Part shown: positions 1 to 8,281 of the stretch, in pieces
Layout of the letters: each line of letters begins with the position of its first letter
Position numbering within the stretch: the stretch's first letter is position 1
NCBI GenBank assembly: GCA_017463865.1
Contig: JAFTOI010000019.1
Location: 10,117-74,116 of the forward strand
DNA length: 64,000 nucleotides
From: Clostridia bacterium
GTDB lineage: Bacteria; Bacillota; Clostridia; Oscillospirales; CAG-272
Reading direction: 5' to 3'
Notes under the pieces: generated by a model
The model's input: the letters and a program-made list of their open reading frames with translations, nothing else
What the model was told of the DNA's origin: nothing
The model's database searches: none
Position numbers and translations under genes: made by a program

Positions 1-167
1 GCCCAGGAGAAGAGCTGACTGGCCGTCATCAGCTTGCTTCCGATGCGGCGTGTGCCCTTGGCCATGACCCGAACGCGGCCATACTCGGCAGTCAGCAGGG
101 TCAGCAGCTTGTCCGCGTCGCCGTAGGGTGCCTCGCGGATGACCAGCGCGTCGCAGGTGTAGGTCAT
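1..167 (-). CDS. recO: DNA repair protein RecO, N-terminal part (runs off window edge)
   Basis: Minus-strand ATG at 167-165 reads MTYTCDALVIREAPYGDADKLLTLLTAEYGRVRVMAKGTRRIGSKL..., a RecO-like N-terminus. There is an ATGA start/stop overlap with era. era-recO synteny is conserved in Firmicutes. This ORF is not in the ORF track because it has no stop in the window. Confidence 0.6.
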   Translation of the reverse strand, partial: MTYTCDALVIREAPYGDADKLLTLLTAEYGRVRVMAKGTRRIGSKLMTASQLFSW

Positions 168-1051
168 TGCTCGGGCTTGTAGCCGAAGTTGCTGACCGTC
201 ACGCTGCTCTCACGCCAATTTTCCTTGACCTTGACCCAGAGATTGAGATAAACCTTGGTGCCGAGCAGCTTCTCAAGATCGGCGCGGGCGTAGGAGCCGA
301 TCAGCTTCAGCGATGCGCCGTTTTTGCCGACGATGATGCCCTTGTGTGAGGCCTTCTCGCAGAAGATCTCGGCGCGGATACTGACCAGTCCCTTCTCTTC
401 CTTGAACTCCTCGATGACAACCGCCGTGCCGTGCGGGATCTCCTTGTCCAGCGTGCGCAGCAGCTTCTCGCGGATGATCTCAGCCGCGACCTGGCGCTCG
501 GGCTGGTCGGTGATCATGTCCTCGGGGAAGAACCATTCGGACTCACCGAGGAACTTCGCACATTCGTCGAGCAGTGCGGAGACGTTATCTCCCTTCTTGG
601 CGCAGATCGGCACAAAGGCGTCAAAATCATGCAGAGCGGCGTAGGCGGCGATGGTGGCGGCGATGACCTCGCGGTTGGTCAGGTCGACCTTGTTGATGGC
701 GAGGATACCGGGGGTTTCGGTGGATTTGAGGTAGCGAATGACGTTTTCCTCGACCTCAGAAATGGGCTTGTCCGCCTCAACCACAAGGACGACGGCGTCG
801 GCATCCCGCATGCTGGAGTTGGCGGCCTTGACCATATAATCGCCCAGCTTATTCTTCGGGCGGTGGATACCGGGGGTATCGAGGAAGACAAACTGTGACT
901 CCCCGACGGTGTGGATGCCGAGGATACGGTTGCGGGTGGTCTGGGGCTTGGCCGAGACGATGGCGATCTTCTCGCCGAGAATCTGGTTAAGCAGCGTCGA
1001 CTTGCCCACGTTCGGACGGCCGACGATGGCGATGAATCCGGTCTTTTGCAT
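164..1051 (-). CDS. era: GTPase Era
   Basis: 295 aa with a G1 motif GRPNVGKST, DTPG, NKVD and a C-terminal KH domain. RBS GGGAGGA lies upstream of the ATG. Confidence 0.95.
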   Translation of the reverse strand: MQKTGFIAIVGRPNVGKSTLLNQILGEKIAIVSAKPQTTRNRILGIHTVGESQFVFLDTPGIHRPKNKLGDYMVKAANSSMRDADAVVLVVEADKPISEVEENVIRYLKSTETPGILAINKVDLTNREVIAATIAAYAALHDFDAFVPICAKKGDNVSALLDECAKFLGESEWFFPEDMITDQPERQVAAEIIREKLLRTLDKEIPHGTAVVIEEFKEEKGLVSIRAEIFCEKASHKGIIVGKNGASLKLIGSYARADLEKLLGTKVYLNLWVKVKENWRESSVTVSNFGYKPEQ

Positions 1052-1071
1052 GTCTTTATCCTCCCTTTCGA

Positions 1072-1557
1072 TCAGCTCTCGACACCAAGGCCGAGGACTT
1101 CCATCACATGGCGCTGGCGGCGGCGCATATCTGCGTCCTCCGCCTCGGAGCGCTCGTGGTCATAGCCGAGCAGATGCAGGGTCGAGTGGACGCAGAGGAA
1201 GGCTACCTCGCGGGCGAAGCCGTGGCCGTATTCAGCCGACTGCTCCCGGGCGCGCTCGAGCGAGAGCACGATATCACCCAGCACCACGACCGGCTCGTCT
1301 CCCGGCTCGCTGCCGTCGGCGAAATCGTACTGCGGGAAGGAGAGCACATCGGTGGGGCGGTCAATGTCGCGGTATTCGCGGTTGATGGCGCGGATGCCCT
1401 CGTTGTCGGCGAAGGTGACCGAGATGTCGACCCGGTCATATGCGACAAAATGCTCGGCCTCCAGCGTCTCGGCGATGGCAGAGCGGATGAGCATCTTCAG
1501 CGAATAGGTGATGGGACAGACGTCCTGGCTGTTCTGAAAATACAACTGCAATTTCAT
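1072..1557 (-). CDS. ybeY: rRNA maturation endoribonuclease YbeY
   Basis: Carries the HSTLHLLGYDH zinc motif. The track ORF (to 1716) is over-extended; the internal start MKLQLYFQN at 1557 avoids overlap with phoH. Confidence 0.9.
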   Translation of the reverse strand: MKLQLYFQNSQDVCPITYSLKMLIRSAIAETLEAEHFVAYDRVDISVTFADNEGIRAINREYRDIDRPTDVLSFPQYDFADGSEPGDEPVVVLGDIVLSLERAREQSAEYGHGFAREVAFLCVHSTLHLLGYDHERSEAEDADMRRRQRHVMEVLGLGVES

Positions 1558-1576
1558 GATAGTTGACCTCGTTGTT

Positions 1577-2623
1577 TTATTTCGATTCGGGCTTGCCGCC
1601 GTCGCGGCGGGGCTGGCTATGGTAGCGCTTGGGCTCAGCCTTTTGCTGGGCGGCGGTGCGCTCATATTTTTCGTAGGCGAGAATGATCTTCTGCACCAGC
1701 TTGTGGCGAACGACATCGCGCTCGGTGAAGTGATGGATGCCGATGTCCTCGATGTCGCGGAGGATCTTGACCGCCATGGCCAGACCGCTCTTCTTGCCGT
1801 CAGGCAGGTCGGTCTGGGTCAGGTCGCCGGTGACGACGACCTTGGAGTTATAGCCGAGACGGGTCAGGAACATCTTCATCTGTTCGGGCGTAGCGTTCTG
1901 CGCCTCGTCGAGGATGATGAAGGAATCGTCCAGTGTGCGGCCGCGCATGTAGGCCAGCGGTGCGATCTCGATGGTTTGCTTCTCCAGACAGCGGGCGTAG
2001 TTCTCGGCGCCCATCATCTCAAAGAGGGCGTCGTAAAGGGGGCGCAGGTAGGGGTCGATCTTGTTTTGCAGGTCGCCGGGCAGGAAGCCCAGCTTCTCGC
2101 CAGCTTCGACTGCAGGCCGGGTGAGGATGATGCGGTTGACCTGCTTGTCGCGCAGGGCCTTGACGGCCATGGCGACGGCGAGGAAAGTCTTGCCGGTGCC
2201 GGCGGGGCCGACGCCGAGGACAATGGTGTTGCGGCGAATCAGCTCGACGTATTTCTTCTGGCCGACCGTCTTGGCCTTGATGGGCTTGCCGCGATTGGTG
2301 ACGCAGATGCAGTCATCGTCAAGCGTGCTGAGCTCCCCCGCGCGTCCGTCGGCGATCATGTCGATGACATAGCCGACCGACTGCTCGGACAGCTCGCTGT
2401 ATGCGGCCATTTTCTTGAGGTAATCGACCGTTTCGGCGGCCTTTTTCACGCTGTCCTCCTCGCCGCTGATGAGGATTGAGTCGCCGACGTCGGTCGCGCG
2501 GTTGTGCAGTGTGACGCCGAAGGCTTTCTCGATCTGGCGGGCGTTGACATCGTAGCTGCCGAAGATGCGGGCGGTCTCTTCGCTGGTACTGGTGGGAATG
2601 GTTTTTTGGATCATATGGTTCAT
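1577..2623 (-). CDS. phoH: PhoH-like ATPase
   Basis: Walker A GPAGTGKT and PhoH family signature regions. An alternative start at 2614 (MIQKT) has better SD spacing (AAAGGA). Confidence 0.9.
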   Translation of the reverse strand: MNHMIQKTIPTSTSEETARIFGSYDVNARQIEKAFGVTLHNRATDVGDSILISGEEDSVKKAAETVDYLKKMAAYSELSEQSVGYVIDMIADGRAGELSTLDDDCICVTNRGKPIKAKTVGQKKYVELIRRNTIVLGVGPAGTGKTFLAVAMAVKALRDKQVNRIILTRPAVEAGEKLGFLPGDLQNKIDPYLRPLYDALFEMMGAENYARCLEKQTIEIAPLAYMRGRTLDDSFIILDEAQNATPEQMKMFLTRLGYNSKVVVTGDLTQTDLPDGKKSGLAMAVKILRDIEDIGIHHFTERDVVRHKLVQKIILAYEKYERTAAQQKAEPKRYHSQPRRDGGKPESK

Positions 2624-2626
2624 CCT

Positions 2627-3832
2627 TTATGGTACAGAAACTTCGGCGGGCGCGCCGAGGGTAATCGGTTGTGTTTGGGCGATATTTTCGACGCACCAGA
2701 GGGTGCAGTCGAGGCGGACGCCGTCGTCGGTGACTGTGGTGGTCGTCGCACTGCGGATCAGCTCCCGGTCGGCGCAGAGGGCATCGGTCTGCTGACGCAG
2801 GGCATATTCAGCAAGCGCACGGGCGGCGGCTTCGTCGCGGACGGCGGGCTCGGTCACATAGGCGAGGTGGGTGGTGGTACAGAAGCTGACCGGCACACTG
2901 ACCCGTCCGAAAAAGGACAGAATTCGCTCATTATCTATTGTATCACAACTCCCCCCTAAAATTCCAGTGTTTCCGAAAAGATTTATCACTTTTCCGAAAA
3001 AATTTATGCGTTTTTCGCCGATTTTCTCCCCGGTATAGCGTTTTTCCTCGTAGGCGAAGGGAATCTCCACGCTGATCTGATGCACCACCTGTGCGTAGAC
3101 CTTCCCTTCCGCGTGTGCGGTCACGGTGCGGGCGTCTTTCGTCTCGCCAAAGCCGCTGACCAGAAGCTCGCCGCTGCGCACAGTATCTCCCACCTTGATC
3201 GCTGCCCAGCCATCCCGCAGTTCGAGCCGCACGATCTGTCCGTCAGCGGACGCGACAAGGTTGGCGGGGGCGGTTTCACGCGGGGCGGTCTGACGCTCGG
3301 TCAGCTCGACCACCTCGACCCGCGCGGTCGTGCCGATGAGGTTGACGCTGATCCAGGCAAAGCGATCGGAGGCGATCAGAATGCGGTTCTGCAGGGTGTT
3401 GACATCGACATCGGGGATGAAGCTCCCCACAGCGAAGCCCTGCGCCTCCAGTTCTTCCAGCACGTCGCGGGGCTGATACTGCGACGTGCCATCGACCTCG
3501 ATCCGCCAGACATAGCGGCCCGAGAGCCAGATCAGCCCGATACAGACCGCAAGCCCGACGAACATTCCCCAGCGGCGGCGGTAGCGCCGTGCAATCCGCG
3601 GCAGGCCGCCCTCTCGCTGACAGCACACCCCCAGCCCGGCCGACACACAAGCGGCCGACAGCTCCCGCCAGACACGTCGGCGGACGCGGAAGCTGAAGCA
3701 GTCCTCATCCTGCCGAAAATGCCAATAGGGATAGCAGCCCCGCATGCAGAGGTTGAGGAAGGCAGCTGCAGCAGCGCTGTCCCCGGTGATCTCATACCAG
3801 CCACCGAAAAAATTGAGCAGCCACAGGATCAC
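2627..3832 (-). CDS. yqfD: Sporulation protein YqfD
   Basis: 401 aa at the position of yqfD in the conserved yqfC-yqfD-phoH-ybeY-era arrangement. It has a central TM segment and overlaps the yqfC stop. Confidence 0.8.
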   Translation of the reverse strand: MILWLLNFFGGWYEITGDSAAAAAFLNLCMRGCYPYWHFRQDEDCFSFRVRRRVWRELSAACVSAGLGVCCQREGGLPRIARRYRRRWGMFVGLAVCIGLIWLSGRYVWRIEVDGTSQYQPRDVLEELEAQGFAVGSFIPDVDVNTLQNRILIASDRFAWISVNLIGTTARVEVVELTERQTAPRETAPANLVASADGQIVRLELRDGWAAIKVGDTVRSGELLVSGFGETKDARTVTAHAEGKVYAQVVHQISVEIPFAYEEKRYTGEKIGEKRINFFGKVINLFGNTGILGGSCDTIDNERILSFFGRVSVPVSFCTTTHLAYVTEPAVRDEAAARALAEYALRQQTDALCADRELIRSATTTTVTDDGVRLDCTLWCVENIAQTQPITLGAPAEVSVP

Positions 3833-4125
3833 AGCACTGCCTCCCCCCCATCCTCAAACGAAACGGCACAGATCACCCCGCGGATGGACACGGCCCCCGC
3901 GAAATAGGTCGCACAGCTCAAGCCCCTGCCCTGCACCGATAATATCCCCTCCCGCAATGACAGACGGACTGCCTCCGGCTCGCAGAGCAGGATCCTGCGG
4001 CAGCCCTGCACGCAGACCTCCCGCCGTCCCCGCAGCTCGATGAACGGCCCGCCGCCGTAGATCTCCTCGGGCAAAACCAGCGCGCGCCGCTCTCTGACGC
4101 TGAACAGATTTCTGATCTTTCTCAT
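3829..4125 (-). CDS. yqfC: Sporulation protein YqfC
   Basis: About 98 aa starting from MRKIRNLFS (GGAGG RBS upstream at 4130-4137). The YabP/YqfC-like sequence is ...IELRGRREVCVQGCRRIL...LSVQGRGL. The track ORF is over-extended to 4203. Confidence 0.75.
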   Translation of the reverse strand: MRKIRNLFSVRERRALVLPEEIYGGGPFIELRGRREVCVQGCRRILLCEPEAVRLSLREGILSVQGRGLSCATYFAGAVSIRGVICAVSFEDGGEAVL

Positions 4126-4149
4126 GAATATATCCTCCGTCGGCGGCTG

Positions 4150-4178
4150 GCATAGTCTGCCCCCCGCCCTCATATGCT
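4150..4178 (+). promoter_or_regulatory. Possible sigma-E-type sporulation promoter for ylbJ
   Basis: GCATAGT (4150-4156), a 14-nt spacer, then CATATGCT (4171-4178). This resembles the mother-cell sigma-E consensus (kmATATT ... CATACAhT). ylbJ is sigma-E dependent in Bacillus. Weak, motif-only call. Confidence 0.25.
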
Positions 4179-4217
4179 GTTGCAGTTGTTTCAGTCTATG
4201 CAAAGGAGGCGGCAGTC

Positions 4218-5324
4218 ATGACGCCAGCGTCTGTCAGAACCAAGCGAGGCCCCGATCTGCAGCACGGGATGGCAATCTGCGGGAGCATATTTTTGCTCGC
4301 GCTGATCCTGCGCAACAGCGAGGCGGCGATTAGCTTTATGCGGCGAGGGCTTACCCTTTGCGCAGAGACGGTGATCCCGTCGCTTTTTCCGTTTATGGTC
4401 ATCTCGGCACTGCTGGCTGAAAGCGGTGCGGTGGAGTGGGCTGGCCGATGGCTGGCGGGGCCGATGCACAGGCTCTTCGGTATCTCAGGCCCATCCGCCT
4501 GCGCGGTCCTGCTCGGTGCGCTCTGCGGCTTTCCTATCGGCGCAAAGACGGCGGTATCACTTTACGATCGGGGTGCTATCGACCGCGCGGAGCTGGAAAG
4601 GCTGCTCACCTTCTGCAACAACACCAGCTCGGCTTTTGTCATCAGCGCGGTCGGAACGTCGCTGTGGTCATCGCGGCGCTTCGGGGTGGGGCTGTTCTGG
4701 ATTCAGCTCGGCTGTGCAGTGCTGATCGGCATCCTCGGCCGCCGGCGCGGCGGAGCGGCACTGCAAGCCCCGCCATCGCTGCCCAATCAGCAGGGGGCTG
4801 CGATTTTCACGCAGGCGATCTCTTCTTCGGCGAGCGGGATGCTCGTTGTTTGTGCCTATGTTGCTTTTTTCTCTTCGGTGATCGGCGCACTGGGCGTCTT
4901 GCTCGACCAGCTTTCGCCCTCCCCCATCATTGACGCCCTGCTCTTCGGCTTTTTCGAGCTATCCTCCGGCGTCAGTGCCGCTGCGGCCATTGACGATGCT
5001 TATATCGGCGCGGTGCTGACTGCCTTTGCCGTCGGCTGGTCGGGGCTGTCGGTGCATTTCCAGATCATGTCGCTGACCGCCGGACGTGGGATCTCCTATC
5101 GCCCATATCTGCTCGCCAAAGCGGCACAAGGGACACTTTGCGCTGTGATCACGGCGCTCTGGCTGAAACTTGCCCCACCGGATGATCTTGCCCCATGCAC
5201 CGTGACAGAAGCCTTCTATGATCTCCCGGGAGGCTATCTGCATATGGTTCATCTCGCGTTCTGTGCGGCCCTCATCTATGCGGTTATCTCCCGATTGCGC
5301 AAAAAATTCGGCAAAATTCGCTGA
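4218..5324 (+). CDS. ylbJ: Sporulation integral membrane protein YlbJ-like (nucleoside-recognition/Gate domain membrane protein)
   Basis: 368 aa polytopic membrane protein whose N-terminus MRRGLTLCAETVIPSLFPFMVIS is typical of YlbJ. RBS AAAGGAGG. Confidence 0.7.
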   Translation: MTPASVRTKRGPDLQHGMAICGSIFLLALILRNSEAAISFMRRGLTLCAETVIPSLFPFMVISALLAESGAVEWAGRWLAGPMHRLFGISGPSACAVLLGALCGFPIGAKTAVSLYDRGAIDRAELERLLTFCNNTSSAFVISAVGTSLWSSRRFGVGLFWIQLGCAVLIGILGRRRGGAALQAPPSLPNQQGAAIFTQAISSSASGMLVVCAYVAFFSSVIGALGVLLDQLSPSPIIDALLFGFFELSSGVSAAAAIDDAYIGAVLTAFAVGWSGLSVHFQIMSLTAGRGISYRPYLLAKAAQGTLCAVITALWLKLAPPDDLAPCTVTEAFYDLPGGYLHMVHLAFCAALIYAVISRLRKKFGKIR

Positions 5325-5349
5325 AACTATGGATTTTTTTCGCGAACTG

Positions 5350-5358
5350 TGGTATAAT
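5350..5358 (+). promoter_or_regulatory. Extended -10 promoter element (TGgTATAAT)
   Basis: TGGTATAAT lies at 5350-5358, 22 nt upstream of the ATG at 5381. The -35 is weak (TGGATT). Confidence 0.35.
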
Positions 5359-5380
5359 AAGATATTCCGGAGGTGAGACG

Positions 5381-5599
5381 ATGAAGAAAACGAACGAACG
5401 ACCCGAGATCGAGCGCTGCTGCGCCCGCTGTGAGCACGCGACGCTGCTCAGCCAATGTGACTATATCCTCTGCAACAAAAAAGGGATTGTCTGCGACACC
5501 CACGTCTGCCGCCGGTTCATTTACGACCCGCTCAAGCGCGCGCCGAAGCGTATGCCCGTGCTCCCGCTGGGTGATACTGAGGAGACGCCAGCTACATAA
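5381..5599 (+). CDS. Small Cys-rich hypothetical protein (72 aa)
   Basis: RBS GGAGGTGA has good spacing. There are seven Cys plus His residues in a 31-aa span (CCARCEH...C...C...C..H.C). Codon usage is GC3-rich like the neighbours. The gene has its own terminator. Confidence 0.6.
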   Translation: MKKTNERPEIERCCARCEHATLLSQCDYILCNKKGIVCDTHVCRRFIYDPLKRAPKRMPVLPLGDTEETPAT

Positions 5600-5636
5600 A
5601 GAGGTCCCGCCATAAGGGCAATATCCGTAAAACAGT

Positions 5637-5680
5637 TAATCCTCCGTTTGGCCTTAACCATACGGAGGATTATTTTTTCT
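5637..5680. terminator. Rho-independent terminator (bidirectional)
   Basis: The TAATCCTCCGT / ACGGAGGATTA 11-bp stem is followed by TTTTTT on the plus strand and by a TTTT run on the minus strand. Confidence 0.75.
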
Positions 5681-5699
5681 GCCTATCTATTGAACAGCT

Positions 5700-6194
5700 T
5701 CATCTTTTTTTTAATGCGACTTCATGATTATTGTTATAAAACCCGATGAACTCAAAAAGCAATCCCAATGAACACAAAGCACCACGCACAAGATCGGAGA
5801 TATAATCTTTGAATATAATAGACAAATTGCCAAATTGCCTATCGCAGATCACGATCAGCAAACACAAACCGCCTAACATAAAATCATGATTTAATTTCTT
5901 CTTTTTCTCTTCTCGCTTCAAATCCGTATACTCTGTCACCTTAACTAATGTTTCTTTTAGATCTTTGTCCATCATCTCACTTTTCCTTTCTCCATCGATG
6001 ATCTCACGTACATCAACACGACAAAAATCCGCCAATTCCACCAGATTACTCAAATCCGGCATCGTATTACCATTTTCCCAGCGTGATATCGTTCGGTTTG
6101 ATACATTGAACTGCTCAGCAAGCTGTTCCTGAGTAAGTCCCTTTTCTTTTCTCAGTTCCTTCAAAAAAGTACCTGTTTTCTGCTGATCCATCAC
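5700..6194 (-). CDS. XRE-family HTH regulator with C-terminal transmembrane region
   Basis: The N-terminal HTH is LRKEKGLTQEQLAEQFNVSNRTISRWENG. The C-terminal hydrophobic segments are LGGLCLLIVI and GALCSLGLLFEFIGF. The gene is strongly AT-rich relative to the window. Confidence 0.8.
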   Translation of the reverse strand: MMDQQKTGTFLKELRKEKGLTQEQLAEQFNVSNRTISRWENGNTMPDLSNLVELADFCRVDVREIIDGERKSEMMDKDLKETLVKVTEYTDLKREEKKKKLNHDFMLGGLCLLIVICDRQFGNLSIIFKDYISDLVRGALCSLGLLFEFIGFYNNNHEVALKKR

Positions 6195-6297
6195 TGGCGC
6201 CTCCTTTCATCGATAGATTATCACATGATCCGTTAGAATAACATGACACAAAGTGAGAAATTCCATATTTTCTGCAACTAGACACCCCTTGTCTATT

Positions 6298-7143
6298 TTA
6301 TTTGGTCGGCTGATACGGCGGCAGATAGCCGCAGAAGGAAGCATCGAGGATAACCTGCGTATTGCGCAGAGCATACCAGTTCCGATCATTCACCAAAAGC
6401 TCGGCCATCTTGAACAGATCCAACGCACAAACGGCGTAGGAGGTGCGCAAATAACACACTGTTTCGTCATCGTCGTTGGCTACCTCGACAATGTGCAGCT
6501 TCTCCAGCGTAAACAGCGCACGCTCGACTTCGTCTTCGTTCAGTGCGGTGCCCTCTGTTATCTCGCGCACAGTGATGGGGGTGTCCACCTGCCGGGCAAA
6601 GGCCTCGCGGTACAGATAGGCCAGCACCTTACGTGTGCTCTCCTCGGCCATTCGTTCGAGCACACCGGCGAGCCGTCGGGAAAGAAAAAGGTTCTCGCTT
6701 CCGGGCTGTCTGTAGGTGCGGTCAACAAAGGAAAGCGAATCGGTGACGATCACCGAGCCGCAGGTTTCGGAGGTACACTCCATCATGCCCGACTTCATTT
6801 TTTCCAGCTTTTCCTTGCGTATGGCGATGTGTGCGTCGGCACTGCCTGTGCCGTGCCGCCAAAGGCAGTCGAGGGTGCGGTGGAGCGCGTCATATGCAGC
6901 CTCAGGGACGTCGTCGGGGTGAAGATATTCGTCATCCGCCCCAGGCTCCGCTTCGCCGAGCAGGACGTCGAGCAAGATCCCCAGCGCACGGGCGAGGCTG
7001 GGCAGCAGCGTGATGTCGGGCAGCGAGACGGCATTCTCCCACTTGGAGACTGCCTGATTCGACACGCCGAGCCGCTCACCCAACTCTTCCTGCGTCAGTC
7101 CGCGTGCTTTGCGATATTTTGCGATGGTTGCGGCAATGTTCAT
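6298..7143 (-). CDS. XRE-family HTH transcriptional regulator with about 210-aa uncharacterised C-terminal domain
   Basis: HTH YRKARGLTQEELGERLGVSNQAVSKWEN. The start MNIAATI at 7143 has a GGAGG RBS. The track ORF is over-extended to 7239. Confidence 0.8.
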   Translation of the reverse strand: MNIAATIAKYRKARGLTQEELGERLGVSNQAVSKWENAVSLPDITLLPSLARALGILLDVLLGEAEPGADDEYLHPDDVPEAAYDALHRTLDCLWRHGTGSADAHIAIRKEKLEKMKSGMMECTSETCGSVIVTDSLSFVDRTYRQPGSENLFLSRRLAGVLERMAEESTRKVLAYLYREAFARQVDTPITVREITEGTALNEDEVERALFTLEKLHIVEVANDDDETVCYLRTSYAVCALDLFKMAELLVNDRNWYALRNTQVILDASFCGYLPPYQPTK

Positions 7144-7251
7144 GTTGTACCTCCAGTTTTGTTGTGCCTCCATTATATCACGATCCCGTGCCGCCGTACA
7201 GCGAGCGATTGGCGATTTTTTCCGGCGGGAGGTCGCCAAATGGTTGGATGT

Positions 7252-7917
7252 TTACCACACGAACGGGATCAGGCGGTATTTCACCTTTTGCTTGTACGCG
7301 CGGTAGCCGTCAAGCCCCTCCTCGAGCACCCTTTCTTCGTTGCGGATGCGGAAGATGATCGTCACGGGAAAGAACAGCATCACAGCGAAGGCCGGCCACG
7401 AACCAAGCACCAATGGTATGGCGAGAAAGAGGAAGATCGTCGCCGTGTACATCGGATGGCGGACGATGCCGTACAAGCCGGTGTCGATGACGTGCTGACC
7501 GTCCTGCACCTCGACGGTACGGGAAAGATAGACATTCTCGCGCATAACTTCGGCGTACATGGCATAAGCGGCCAGCAGGACGATCGACGCTGACGCCGTC
7601 AGCCAGACCGGCATGTGCGACCAGCCGAAGCGGAAGTCGAGGCCGGCGAGGATGAAAGCGGCGAGGAACAGCAGGCCGGACACGGCGAGAATACCCTGCT
7701 GCGCTCCCTCTTTTTCTTTGGTATTCAGCCGTTTTTCGAGCAGCGCGGGTGCCTTTATCAAGAGCACGGCGCCAAGGATCAGCATCGGCACAAAGAGCAG
7801 CGCAAGGAAGCGCCACGCCCCCGGATACGCCAACGTGCCCGCCGGCAGAAAGAGCAGCAGACCAAGCAGGATCAGCCCGGCAAAAAATTTCATCAATGCA
7901 TGACAGAGCAGCTTCAT
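7252..7917 (-). CDS. Isoprenylcysteine carboxyl methyltransferase (ICMT)/phospholipid methyltransferase family membrane protein
   Basis: Multi-TM protein with a C-terminal motif VIDTGLYGIVRHPMYTATIFLF...NEERVLEE typical of the ICMT/PEMT family. The start MKLLCH at 7917 has an RBS GGAGGG. Confidence 0.75.
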   Translation of the reverse strand: MKLLCHALMKFFAGLILLGLLLFLPAGTLAYPGAWRFLALLFVPMLILGAVLLIKAPALLEKRLNTKEKEGAQQGILAVSGLLFLAAFILAGLDFRFGWSHMPVWLTASASIVLLAAYAMYAEVMRENVYLSRTVEVQDGQHVIDTGLYGIVRHPMYTATIFLFLAIPLVLGSWPAFAVMLFFPVTIIFRIRNEERVLEEGLDGYRAYKQKVKYRLIPFVW

Positions 7918-8050
7918 ATTTCCCTCCGATTTGACGCAAGTGTTTGCCTCATTATAGCATAACCCGGGAAAAAATGCAAGTACGCTCCTGCCTGCGCGGC
8001 GCACCTTTCGACGCCGACCGACATATTCTGACGGTGAAGGAGGCGTAACT

Positions 8051-8281
8051 ATGCAAACCTGCATCGCTGCGTTTCAGTCGATGACGCAGGCGCTCGGGGC
8101 GCAGCGGGCGCTGTCCCGCGCGGCGATCCGGACGCGTGTCGTCAAGCTGAACGCCAACCAAACCACACGCGGCTGTGCGTATGGGCTGGAATTCGCCTGT
8201 GCGCAGCAGCAAAATGTCAAGACCATCCTTGCCGCGGCATCGATCCAGGCCTCAAGCTATATCGGCGGAGGTCAGCCATGA
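8051..8281 (+). CDS. DUF3343-type small putative S/Se carrier-like protein
   Basis: 76 aa with a RGCAYGLEF motif and a layout typical of DUF3343. There is an ATGA overlap with the downstream desulfurase gene. Confidence 0.7.
   Translation: MQTCIAAFQSMTQALGAQRALSRAAIRTRVVKLNANQTTRGCAYGLEFACAQQQNVKTILAAASIQASSYIGGGQP

Noticed and set aside
1072-1716. N-terminal extensions of many track ORFs. Examples are ybeY to 1716, yqfC to 4203, guaB from 12705, xseB to 47809, the HAD gene to 26157, the RelQ-type gene to 55543 and clpC from 61051.
   Set aside because: The extensions lack an RBS, overlap upstream genes or promoters, and translate to Pro/Arg/Ser-rich junk. Internal Met codons with good SD sequences match the expected family N-termini.
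4169-4201. A sigma-E-type promoter for yqfC on the minus strand (GCATAGA ... CATATGAG).
   Set aside because: The spacer between the two elements is 18 nt, against about 14 nt for the plus-strand candidate, so the geometry does not fit. I cannot support it from sequence alone.
5600-6300. An insertion sequence or miniature mobile element delimiting the AT-rich island.
   Set aside because: There is no transposase or integrase gene. Only a 6-7 nt chance-level inverted match (ATCTAT) occurs at the edges, and no target-site duplication is evident. I report it as a compositional island only.
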